Virus record (IMG/VR): IMGVR_UViG_3300044707_000482
Location: 1-63,053 of that record
DNA: 63,053 bases
Source: a virus
Lineage: Duplodnaviria; Caudoviricetes
Reading direction: 5' to 3' (one strand)
The stretch's first letter is position 1. Every line of letters begins with the position of its first letter. Under the pieces are notes generated by a model, which saw only the letters and a program-made list of their open reading frames with translations, was not told the origin of the DNA and made no database searches. Below, piece by piece: positions 55,373 through 63,053 of the stretch. The translations under genes and the position numbers were made by a program.

Positions 55373-55839
55373 AGGTAGATCTTGAGTGGTTCGAGGTCAG
55401 TCGGGCCGCACTGGTTGGCGTCTCTCGCAACGTCGAGGCGATGCGCAAGCAGTGTCAGAATCGCAGCACGGTGCCCGACGACTGGGGCATCCACATCCTT
55501 GGTGCGCTGGGCGAGTGCGCGTTCGCCAAGGCAACGAACAGGTACTGGAACGGCAGCGTCAACACCTTCAAGCGTGGCGGCGACGTTGGTCGCATCCAGG
55601 TTCGGACCCGAGCAAGGCACGACCACGATCTGATCGTGCGACCCCAGGACAAGAGTGAGGATGTCTTCGTCTTGGTGACGGGCGGCCCCAGCAGCTTTGA
55701 GATTCAAGGCTGGTGCGTAGGCGAAGAGGCCAAGCAGGATGCGTTCACTGCCAATCATGGCGGCTACGGAGAGGCGTACTTCGTGCCAGCCAAGTCCCTG
55801 CGGACCCCAGAGCAACTCGTAGTGGGAGGTGAGGAATGA
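55369..55839 (+). CDS. Hypothetical protein, possible nuclease fold
   Basis: GALGECAFAK...GDVG..QVRT...IQGW. Confidence 0.7.
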   Translation: MKVDLEWFEVSRAALVGVSRNVEAMRKQCQNRSTVPDDWGIHILGALGECAFAKATNRYWNGSVNTFKRGGDVGRIQVRTRARHDHDLIVRPQDKSEDVFVLVTGGPSSFEIQGWCVGEEAKQDAFTANHGGYGEAYFVPAKSLRTPEQLVVGGEE

Positions 55840-56351
55840 AGAAGACGATCATGCAGACCTACACCGGCAAGCTCATCGACTTGTCGCACTTCCGGCCGAG
55901 TGACGTTCGGCTCCCGGACATCGCCCACGCTCTCGCTTGCATCAATCGCTTTACCGGGCACAGCCGGGTGCCGTACTCGGTCGCCCAGCACAGCGTTCTG
56001 GTCAGTGAGCTGACCCCGCCCGAGCATGCCCTCTGGGGGCTTTTGCACGACGCCAGCGAGGCATACCTGGGGGACGTTGCCACGCCGCTCAAGTCCATGC
56101 TCGACGGCTATCGCGAGCTTGAGGAGGACGTCCAGCGGTCGATCGCCACGCACTTCGGCCTCCAGTGGCCGATGCCAGGGGCCGTTCACGTGGCCGACCG
56201 GCAGGCCCTGATGGCCGAGAAGCGAGACCTCATAACGGTGAACAACGACTGGGGAATCGATGCCCAGCCTGCGGCAGTTGTGGTAGTGCCCTGTGGATGG
56301 GCGCATGCCAAGGAGCAGTTCGAGAAGAGGTTTAAGGAGTTGTACCGATGA
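55836..56351 (+). CDS. HD-domain phosphohydrolase (YfbR/YfdR-like deoxynucleotidase)
   Basis: DIAHAL..INRFTGH, YSVAQHS, LLHDASEAYLGD. Confidence 0.9.
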   Translation: MKKTIMQTYTGKLIDLSHFRPSDVRLPDIAHALACINRFTGHSRVPYSVAQHSVLVSELTPPEHALWGLLHDASEAYLGDVATPLKSMLDGYRELEEDVQRSIATHFGLQWPMPGAVHVADRQALMAEKRDLITVNNDWGIDAQPAAVVVVPCGWAHAKEQFEKRFKELYR

Positions 56352-56704
56352 AGACTGTGGAGCGGTCGAAGGTGATGTACGAGAGCGGTGCGGTGCGGTC
56401 GAGCGATGCTGAGGAGACTCGCTATGACCTCATTACGCCGGTTGGATTGGCAGCGGTGGCACGGGCGTGTGCGGAAGGTGCGCAGAGGTACGGCGACTTC
56501 AACTGGGAGAAGGGCATGCCCGCAAACGACATGCTCAATCACGCCATCAGGCACCTGTACATGTTCCTTGGAGGGGACAGGGCGGAGGATCACTTGGGTC
56601 ATGCGGCGTGGAATGTCATGGCGGCAATCCACTCCCTCGAGGTCTGGCCGGAGATCAACGAGGGCACCTTGCGTTCCGGCTTTTTGGAACCACCGGGAGG
56701 TTGA
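56348..56704 (+). CDS. DUF5664-like dATP/dGTP diphosphohydrolase-domain protein
   Basis: SGAVRS, RYDLI, GAQRYGDFNWEKG, DHLGHAAWN. Confidence 0.85.
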   Translation: MKTVERSKVMYESGAVRSSDAEETRYDLITPVGLAAVARACAEGAQRYGDFNWEKGMPANDMLNHAIRHLYMFLGGDRAEDHLGHAAWNVMAAIHSLEVWPEINEGTLRSGFLEPPGG

Positions 56705-57238
56705 ATGCGAGACGTCGCCGTAACGGACTACGACGACCAGGGGATTGTTGAGCACTGCGAAGCCGGGTGGAGGCGGTTTTGCTGTGACGCCATAGCCAGG
56801 GCGTACTTTCACCTGCGGGCCTTGGGCCGCCGGGCGGCCGGGTGCGGCGGTGCGGTGCGTTGGCCGCGAGACAGGATGGCCAAGGAGGTTCTTCGGCGGC
56901 AGGTAGCCGCCTGCACGTGGGTTTTCAATGGCACTGGCGGCGAGTTCACCTTCGACCAGACCTGCGCGGACGTTGGCCTAGACCCGGATTTGCTGCGTCG
57001 GAAGTTCGTGTCCGCGTGCGGTCTTCCCAGGGACATAAATCTATTGGTCCGCATGGTCCAGTCCAAGAAGGAGCGCTCCCGTGATCTCTCTCTCAGACAA
57101 GATTCGCCTGCTTGTGGAGTGGGCTCCGGGCTTGTCGCTGCTGTCCGCGCTGTCCGCAGCTCGGACGCCCGCCGACCGGGCCGACGCGGCGCTCAAGCTC
57201 ATGCAGTTTGTTGCTACCAAAACGGCCACTCCGATTGA
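56705..57238 (+). CDS. Hypothetical protein
   Basis: GGAGG RBS; FTFDQTCADVGLDP motif; 3' end overlaps the next gene. Confidence 0.6.
   Translation: MRDVAVTDYDDQGIVEHCEAGWRRFCCDAIARAYFHLRALGRRAAGCGGAVRWPRDRMAKEVLRRQVAACTWVFNGTGGEFTFDQTCADVGLDPDLLRRKFVSACGLPRDINLLVRMVQSKKERSRDLSLRQDSPACGVGSGLVAAVRAVRSSDARRPGRRGAQAHAVCCYQNGHSD
57031..57041 (+). promoter_or_regulatory. Putative late promoter GGACATAAATC
   Basis: Precedes the membrane/peptidase block starting at 57081. Confidence 0.45.
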
Positions 57239-57356
57239 CGACGAGGTCGTGGCTCGGCTGCGAGCCTTGCTCCAGACCAAGGAGGGCTACGAACTGTTTG
57301 AGTACGTGGTCGGGCTGGTCTCTGCATTGACGGTCAAGGAGGCTCTGGCGTCGTGA
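57081..57356 (+). CDS. Hypothetical protein
   Basis: AAGGAG RBS; T.TPIDD motif. Confidence 0.7.
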   Translation: MISLSDKIRLLVEWAPGLSLLSALSAARTPADRADAALKLMQFVATKTATPIDDEVVARLRALLQTKEGYELFEYVVGLVSALTVKEALAS

Positions 57357-57958
57357 CCCTGGAGCAGCTTCTCCGTACTGCGGCGGTGGTGGCGGCGGTG
57401 GTCGTCCTGGCGGCTCCGTATCAAGACCTCATCGTGGCCAAGGCCCGGGCGGCCGCAGGCTGGATTCAGTCGCACGCGGGTGGTATCAGTCGCGTGGTGG
57501 CCGCCTTGCTGATCGTAGCGGCTGCGTGGGGGAAGTTCCCGACCCCGACGTTCATGGTTGACCTTCCCAGGGCTGGGGTTGCCGTCCCCGAGCCGAGCAT
57601 TGCCCTGCGTGCGTTGGTTGGTCCCGTGCGGCAAGCCCTCGAAGGGGCCACTCCGCAGGCCCGGGCGGCGTGGTCGGATGTCTGGAGCAAGGCCGCCAAG
57701 GTCGTGGAGGCCGAGACGGCGGAGAAAGACCAGATCTTCAAGGACGTTCCGTCGCTTCGGATCCTGACCGTAACGGCCCTGGACATCGGCTGGCGGCGGC
57801 TGTCGGGCGTCGCCCCTGGCTCGCTGCCAGGGCTTAAGGCGGGCGTCGAGGAAGCACTGGCGTCGGCCGTCGGCAAGGACGCAAGGCCCCTCACGGACGA
57901 AATGCGGGCCTCCTACGTGGATGTGGCCATGGCTCTGGCGTGGGCTGGGCAGAGGTGA
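57353..57958 (+). CDS. Membrane-anchored protein
   Basis: Two N-terminal hydrophobic helices. Confidence 0.7.
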   Translation: MTLEQLLRTAAVVAAVVVLAAPYQDLIVAKARAAAGWIQSHAGGISRVVAALLIVAAAWGKFPTPTFMVDLPRAGVAVPEPSIALRALVGPVRQALEGATPQARAAWSDVWSKAAKVVEAETAEKDQIFKDVPSLRILTVTALDIGWRRLSGVAPGSLPGLKAGVEEALASAVGKDARPLTDEMRASYVDVAMALAWAGQR

Positions 57959-57961
57959 CCG

Positions 57962-58885
57962 GTGGCGAACTACCATTCGTTTGGCTACGTCCCGGATCCG
58001 GCTGGGGCAGAGAGGTTTGCAGCCTCGCTGCCTCACCCGACGTTCTCGTCTGCGGCCCCTGACTGCACGGCCAGCGGCAAGGACGTCTTCCTGTGGCCAG
58101 CCCTCCTGCAATGCTCCCCCCGCTGGAAGCGAGGGAGTCAGGGTTCGGTGGGTTCGTGCGTCGGCTGGGCGGCCAGCCTGGGGGTGGACGTCACGGCGGC
58201 CTGCGACATCGCCTACCGGCATGAGCCAGAGGAGTGGCGGGGCCGCACCATCGAAAGTTCCCTGTACGGCTTCTCCCGTGTCGAGGCGCGTGGGCAGAAG
58301 GTGAACACTGGGGGCGACGGCTCGACTGGCTGGCACGCCGCCAAGGCCATTCGCGAGCTTGGGTGCCTCCACTACGGCGTGGACTACGGCGGCGTGGTGA
58401 TCCAGGAGAAGGGCAAGGAGGCGAGGGACAGAGACTGGGGCCGCAATGGAGTGCCAGACAAGCTCGAGCCTTTCGCGAAGGAGCGGCGGTGCAGCGAGGT
58501 GACGCTGGTCACCACGTTCGAGGAGGCGGCCGCTGCCATCTCCAACGGCTTCCCGGTCGTGGTCTGCTCGGGAGTCGGCTTTAGCATGACCCGGGACGAC
58601 GACGGCTTCTGCCGCCCTGGTCCGACTTGGTGGCACGCCATGCTCCTGGCAGCGGTGAGGTGGGGCAAGCGGCCCGGCCTCAAGTGCTTCAACTCCTGGG
58701 GGGACAGTAACACTCGCGGCAAGCACTACCCCGAAGACCTGCCTCCTGCGATTGCCAACTGCTCGTTTTGGATCGACGCCGACGTCTGCACCCGCATGCT
58801 GTCGGGTCGCGACTCCTACGCCTATGCGGGGTACAGCGGATTCCGCGTGACCCAGATCCCCGACTGGACTGGAGGTGCGCTGTGA
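57962..58885 (+). CDS. Papain-like (C1 family) cysteine peptidase
   Basis: QGSVGSCVGW (Q/C), WWHAM (H), NSWG (N). Confidence 0.85.
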   Translation: MANYHSFGYVPDPAGAERFAASLPHPTFSSAAPDCTASGKDVFLWPALLQCSPRWKRGSQGSVGSCVGWAASLGVDVTAACDIAYRHEPEEWRGRTIESSLYGFSRVEARGQKVNTGGDGSTGWHAAKAIRELGCLHYGVDYGGVVIQEKGKEARDRDWGRNGVPDKLEPFAKERRCSEVTLVTTFEEAAAAISNGFPVVVCSGVGFSMTRDDDGFCRPGPTWWHAMLLAAVRWGKRPGLKCFNSWGDSNTRGKHYPEDLPPAIANCSFWIDADVCTRMLSGRDSYAYAGYSGFRVTQIPDWTGGAL

Positions 58886-59178
58886 GGCCGCTCCTTGTGT
58901 CCCTTGCCCTGCTGGCGGGCTGCGTTCCCGGAGACGATCCGTCCATCACGGCAGACCTTGCCGTCGAGACGGCCTGTGGGCTTGCCCGCAGTGAAGCGGA
59001 TACGCCAGACGATGTGGCCCCGAAGCCGGGCGACCCGTGCCCCAACTGCAACGGTCGCGGGTACGTCGGGGACGGCACTGTGCGCGTAACTTGTCAGGCG
59101 TGCGGCGGCGGCAAGGTGGTGAAGTCAGTCCTGGTGCGAGAGTGCCAGGGGGGGCAGTGCAATCTGCGGGGCCTGTGA
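58882..59178 (+). CDS. Putative lipoprotein with DnaJ-type zinc finger
   Basis: Lipobox LLAGC; CPNCNGRG...CQACGGG; GGAGG RBS. Confidence 0.65.
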   Translation: MRPLLVSLALLAGCVPGDDPSITADLAVETACGLARSEADTPDDVAPKPGDPCPNCNGRGYVGDGTVRVTCQACGGGKVVKSVLVRECQGGQCNLRGL

Positions 59179-59180
59179 GC

Positions 59181-59531
59181 ATGGACGAGCTGACTGATTA
59201 CGTCCGGCGCAGGCTCCCGATCAAGGCTCGGCTCATCGGACCGGAGCGGCTGCGAGCAATCGTAGAGATGGCTGTGTCGCGATGGCCCGCCGACGAACTG
59301 TCCGGCTGTCAGCGCGGCTCTTCGCAAGAGGAGGCACTGCTCCAAACGCTGTCCCAGCAAGTCGGCTTGAGTTACCAAGCCACTCGCCCAGGCGACAACA
59401 CCTACGGGTTTGTCTGGGTGTTCCTGCTCTCGGCGGTTCTTTCTGGGGTGGTGCAAGCGATCCTTCGGTGGTGGCTCGAGAAAGAAGGCAATCGCCACTC
59501 GATGGCGGCATGGAAACGGGGGGCGGCATGA
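59181..59531 (+). CDS. Membrane protein
   Basis: C-terminal TM segment YGFVWVFLLSAVLSGVVQAILRWW. Confidence 0.65.
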   Translation: MDELTDYVRRRLPIKARLIGPERLRAIVEMAVSRWPADELSGCQRGSSQEEALLQTLSQQVGLSYQATRPGDNTYGFVWVFLLSAVLSGVVQAILRWWLEKEGNRHSMAAWKRGAA

Positions 59532-59779
59532 GCGGAGAGAGCGTGTATGAGGTAGGGCTGCGAGCCCTGGAGCGGTACGGATTTGGCCTGGTTTTGGCGT
59601 CTGCCGTGCTGTGGTTCGTGCGTATCGACATTGTCTTGCCAATGGTAGAGTCGCACCGAGAGTTCCTCCGGGAGATGTCGGACACCCAGCGGCAGATTTC
59701 GGCAGCGGTGGCAGAGCAAACGCGATTGCTTTACGCACTCCAGCCACCGCACGGCGGCCCAGCGGATGCCAGGGATTAG
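59528..59779 (+). CDS. Holin-like single-TM protein
   Basis: LERYGFGLVLASAVLWFV followed by a coiled coil. Confidence 0.55.
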   Translation: MSGESVYEVGLRALERYGFGLVLASAVLWFVRIDIVLPMVESHREFLREMSDTQRQISAAVAEQTRLLYALQPPHGGPADARD

Positions 59780-59782
59780 GCA

Positions 59783-60046
59783 ATGCAAGACAAGGACTTC
59801 AAGGCCGACATCCACAGCAGGACGGCGGCAGACTGGACGCTAGAGAATCCCTTCCTCCCGAAGAACGACCTTGGTGTCGAGATGGATACCGGTCGCATGA
59901 AGCTCGGAGTGGGCCAGCGATGGGCGTCCACGAATCACCTTCCGCCGCCCGGGTTCGTGGGCTTCACGAACATCGTCGCCCTCACCCAGGCGGCGTACAC
60001 CGCACTCGCCGTGAAAGACCCCCAGACCCTCTACATCATCACCTAG
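59783..60046 (+). CDS. Short protein resembling a hyaluronidase/upper tail-fibre N-terminal domain
   Basis: TAADWTLENP.L...GVEMDTGRMKLG and LTQAAYTALAVKDPQTLYII. Confidence 0.7.
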   Translation: MQDKDFKADIHSRTAADWTLENPFLPKNDLGVEMDTGRMKLGVGQRWASTNHLPPPGFVGFTNIVALTQAAYTALAVKDPQTLYIIT

Positions 60047-60047
60047 C

Positions 60048-60446
60048 ATGGCTGCGGCAGTCGGCACAACCAGCGTCCTTTTTCGCGTCGGCAGCGGCTC
60101 GCCGTCGAAGGTGTTCCTGGGCAGCGCGTCGGTGCAGAGCGTGCCAGGCGCGCCGGAAATGATCGAATGCTGTGCCGATGGCAACTCGCTGGTGGTGTTC
60201 TACCCGCCCACTGACGGTGGCCTCCCCATCTTGGACTATGAAATCTGGGTCGATAACGCACCGCTGGACGACCACGCCCAAGGCGCCGTTGTCACCGGCC
60301 CCGTGTACGACCCTAACTCTCCTGCTGGCTCGCTGACAATCACCGTTGAGGGCGAGTCCTTCAACGGCCTGGATGTGTCAGTGCGCGCCCGCAATGCTAT
60401 CGGCTACGGCCCGCTGGCCGCTGACATTGTCGGCCAAGTCTGCTAA
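60048..60446 (+). CDS. Fibronectin type III-like domain protein
   Basis: VPGAP, P.DGGLPILDY, VRARNAIGYGP. Confidence 0.75.
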   Translation: MAAAVGTTSVLFRVGSGSPSKVFLGSASVQSVPGAPEMIECCADGNSLVVFYPPTDGGLPILDYEIWVDNAPLDDHAQGAVVTGPVYDPNSPAGSLTITVEGESFNGLDVSVRARNAIGYGPLAADIVGQVC

Positions 60447-60481
60447 CGGCTTCACATCACCCTACTCTTGCGACATTCACC

Positions 60482-61276
60482 ATGCCGATGAATCAGAGAC
60501 TGCTGCGTCCGCTCGCGAAGGGCAGAACTCTGTACTTCAACGCTGCGGTCGATAGCGACTGGGCCACGCTCGGCAACTGGTGGACGAGCGGTGCGTTCAC
60601 CACGCAGGCGTCTGCCCTGCCGTCTAGCGGCGATAGTGTTGTTCTCAGTGCAACGTGCGACACTAACAGCGGCAGTGCGCCGACTGTTGTGAACTTTACG
60701 CTCGATGACCCTTATTACGACGGATTCTATATCGAAGTTGCAATCACCGTCACCGGCAACGCGACGTTCAACGGCGAGTCGTTCAACGGCGGCACCGTCA
60801 GCGGCAACGCGACGTTCAACGACATTGCGTACAACAGCAACATCGTCACCGGCTACGCGACGTTTAATGACAGTTCGTCCAACAGCAGCACCGTCACCGG
60901 CAACGCGACGTTTAACGACTATGCGTCCAACGGCGGCACCACCCGCGGCGAGGCGACGTTTAACGACAGTGCGTACAACAACGGCGGCACCATCACCGGC
61001 GATGCGACATTCAACGACGAGTCGTTTAACAGCAGCACTGTCGAAGGTGACGCGACGTTCAACGGCAGTGCGTCCAACGGCGGCACTGTCGAAGGTGACG
61101 CGACGTTCAACGGCAGTGCGTACAACTACGACGGTCTTGTTACCGGCAACGCGACGTTTAATGGCAGTTCGATCAACTTCAGCACCGTTGTTGGCACGGC
61201 CACCTTCACTGGCTCGGCCTGCAACAGTGCCGGCACGGCTGGCACGTTCGTCCCCAACCCACCGCCGTCCTGCTAA
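60482..61276 (+). CDS. Repetitive beta-helix-like virion/adhesion protein
   Basis: More than 10 tandem ~12-aa G(N/D)ATFNxxxxN repeats. Confidence 0.8.
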   Translation: MPMNQRLLRPLAKGRTLYFNAAVDSDWATLGNWWTSGAFTTQASALPSSGDSVVLSATCDTNSGSAPTVVNFTLDDPYYDGFYIEVAITVTGNATFNGESFNGGTVSGNATFNDIAYNSNIVTGYATFNDSSSNSSTVTGNATFNDYASNGGTTRGEATFNDSAYNNGGTITGDATFNDESFNSSTVEGDATFNGSASNGGTVEGDATFNGSAYNYDGLVTGNATFNGSSINFSTVVGTATFTGSACNSAGTAGTFVPNPPPSC

Positions 61277-61290
61277 TAGGAGATATCGCA

Positions 61291-61596
61291 ATGCAACTTC
61301 CGCAGCCCGTTACGATCCAGCCGCCGACCTACACTCGCAGCAATGGCGAGGTGCGAGTCCAAAAGCCCGTTACGCTATCGGAACTGGACATCACCATCAT
61401 TGACAACGCGAAGCGGAAGTCCTGCGTGGCGAGGCTTCGTCCTTGCCCTTACCCGCTCACCTTGTGGGAGAAGGCCGCATACGACGCGGCAGGCGACTAC
61501 ACGCAGTCGCAGGTGGAGGCGAGAGTGCTGGAGGCTCTTGGGCCTGACGTTAAGGCCGGGCTGGAGGCGTTGTTTGCGCCTCCGGCGCGGCGTTAG
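61291..61596 (+). CDS. Hypothetical protein (copy of 358..663)
   Basis: Identical copy in the terminal repeat. Confidence 0.8.
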   Translation: MQLPQPVTIQPPTYTRSNGEVRVQKPVTLSELDITIIDNAKRKSCVARLRPCPYPLTLWEKAAYDAAGDYTQSQVEARVLEALGPDVKAGLEALFAPPARR

Positions 61597-61692
61597 ACGC
61601 ACTAATCTTGCGACGGAACTATCAAGCGATCCTTGATGGTTGCCGACCAAACAGGCGTAGACTCGCTGGACGGCGGGCGTAGACTAGGCGGC

Positions 61693-61817
61693 GTGCTAGT
61701 GGCTGAGTGGTCTAAGGCTGAACTATCGGGTAACGCCGAGTCGTCGCTAGTCTCTGGAACCGTGCCCGCGACGGGGCTATACGGCCAGTGCCGCCCGTTC
61801 AAATCGGGTCTAGCACA
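61693..61817 (+). ncRNA. tRNA-like RNA (copy of 760..884)
   Basis: Identical copy in the terminal repeat. Confidence 0.65.
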
Positions 61818-61880
61818 ATGTCTGTAGAGGCGGCCGAAACAGGCGTAGACTCGTTTGGCTAGGTCGATAGGATGGCGGGC

Positions 61881-62126
61881 ATGGCGAGCAAGTGGATCAG
61901 CGTTGAGAAGAGCCTGCCCAAGTGGGGCGAAACGGTGATCGTCGCTCACCGCAGATACAGTTGGTCAAACGCTAGGCACAAGTACAGCCGGCTCAAGAAA
62001 CTCGGCGTTGTGGCAGCTACGTTTTGGGTGGAGGACGACAAAGGGCCGCACTTCAACAGTGGCGACGACAGGGTGGACGAGCCGGTGGCTTGGATGCCGC
62101 TGCCCGAGCCGCCGGAGGTGAAGTGA
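61881..62126 (+). CDS. DUF551-like protein (copy of 948..1193)
   Basis: Identical copy. Confidence 0.75.
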   Translation: MASKWISVEKSLPKWGETVIVAHRRYSWSNARHKYSRLKKLGVVAATFWVEDDKGPHFNSGDDRVDEPVAWMPLPEPPEVK

Positions 62127-62446
62127 TGACATACCTAAACTATGACGATCACATCCGTGCGCAGGCTTCTCCTTGGGGCGGCGGCGTCGAAATCGGAGCG
62201 TGGCGGCGAATCACAGGCGGCCCCGTTGAGGTCGCTACCCTCCGTTGGGAGCCGATTGCCGACAACGCCGAGCGGCGGTCGCTGCTCACCATGCGGATGC
62301 AACAGGCTCAGGTGCTGATGGATGACCTGTGGAATGCCGGGATTCGTCCGACAGAGGGAGCCGGGTCAGCCGGTGCCATGCGGGCGGCAGAGCATCACAT
62401 TGCCGACCTGCGGCGAGTGGCGTTCAAGGCTCTTGGCATCGACTGA
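62126..62446 (+). CDS. Hypothetical protein (copy of 1193..1513)
   Basis: Identical copy. Confidence 0.75.
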   Translation: MTYLNYDDHIRAQASPWGGGVEIGAWRRITGGPVEVATLRWEPIADNAERRSLLTMRMQQAQVLMDDLWNAGIRPTEGAGSAGAMRAAEHHIADLRRVAFKALGID

Positions 62447-62521
62447 CGCTAGAGGCGGCCGAAAGAGGCGTAGACTCGCTGGACGGCGGGCGTAGACTGA
62501 GCGGCACCTAGGAGGTGACGC

Positions 62522-62788
62522 ATGAGCAAAGAGGATGACGACGCCCTGTGTGTTGCCCAGAACCGGCATATGGAGCATCCGCTGCGGACGGACAGAATCA
62601 CGCTGGTTGTGAAGCATCGCGGCAAAGAACTGAAGTTTTGGCGGCACCTTCTTGGCCAAGCGTTCGACCGCTGCGAGGGTGTGTATTTGGCCGAAGGACA
62701 AGAAGACGGAGACGCACTTACTGCGGCGTACCTTGCTGGCGTTGAGGCTGGCAAAGAACTGGCGAAACAGCAAGAACCCAGCAAGTGA
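62522..62788 (+). CDS. Hypothetical protein (copy of 1589..1855)
   Basis: Identical copy. Confidence 0.75.
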   Translation: MSKEDDDALCVAQNRHMEHPLRTDRITLVVKHRGKELKFWRHLLGQAFDRCEGVYLAEGQEDGDALTAAYLAGVEAGKELAKQQEPSK

Positions 62789-63053
62789 CGCTACAGGACG
62801 GAACCTGACGCCCCAACCGTATGCAAGAACCGCCGAAAAACGTGTCTTATACGATACGATTGGGGCGTCAGAAAAAGTGCCTAGGGTTTCTTACCGATCA
62901 GCGATCCCGGCGGGCATCGATCTCACTGATAACGGGGTGACGAGAACCCGCCGGGATCGTTTTCTGGAAAATGGAAAATGAGTGACATCACCACCCGCCT
63001 GCGGCAGACGCGGGCCGACATGATCGGCACGGCGGACGAGCAGCACTACTGGG

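Larger units (their letters stand above)
60934..63053. repeat. Terminal direct repeat, right copy
   Basis: Same sequence as 1..2119, with substitutions and an indel only in the last ~260 bp. Confidence 0.95.

Noticed and set aside
55836-56704. 2-aminoadenine (Z) genome pathway
   Set aside because: No PurZ/adenylosuccinate-synthetase-like ORF or phage polymerase was recognised.
57287-58726. Long antisense ORFs (also 27663..28973, 13413..14522, 15465..16511, and the 5' part of 16089..17237)
   Set aside because: These are shadow frames of well-supported genes in GC-rich DNA, with no motifs or RBS.
60482-61276. Diversity-generating retroelement target or template (AAC-rich repeats)
   Set aside because: No reverse transcriptase (no YxDD-type RT ORF) was seen, and there is no adenine-specific TR/VR pair. 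The second copy is just the terminal repeat.

Overview
The window looks like one complete, GC-rich tailed-phage genome with a podovirus-type gene set. The unit length is about 60,933 bp, and bases 1-~2119 are repeated at 60934-63053. A leftward accessory/host-takeover arm (~16.7 kb to 3.8 kb) encodes a serine recombinase, a VWA/metallopeptidase, a MoxR AAA ATPase, a LexA-like HTH protein, a sliding-clamp-like protein, a class II GATase, an amidoligase and many small ORFs. A long rightward arm encodes SSB, scaffold, capsid, terminase, portal, tail and ejection proteins. It continues with RecE/ERF recombination proteins, an SF2 helicase, nucleases, nucleotide hydrolases and a membrane/C1-peptidase module, then small promoter-bearing genes ending in a phage sigma factor. 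A tyrosine recombinase lies on the minus strand at 49 kb. I recognised no DNA polymerase, primase or canonical endolysin. The most unusual signals are non-coding. (i) Nine co-oriented copies of a 16-bp motif (CCGCTGCGGAGTCTGG) divide the leftward arm into gene cassettes; most lie 3-5 nt after a stop codon and just before a hairpin. (ii) A 125-nt tRNA-shaped RNA has an expanded, possibly pseudoknotted centre and its own promoter. (iii) A ~250-nt highly structured intergenic region sits in the replication module. (iv) Two proteins share an N-terminal leader and may carry ADP-ribosyltransferase-like domains. (v) A candidate late promoter, GG(A/C)CATAAATC, precedes the virion operons. All protein calls come from motifs recognised by eye, with no database search.
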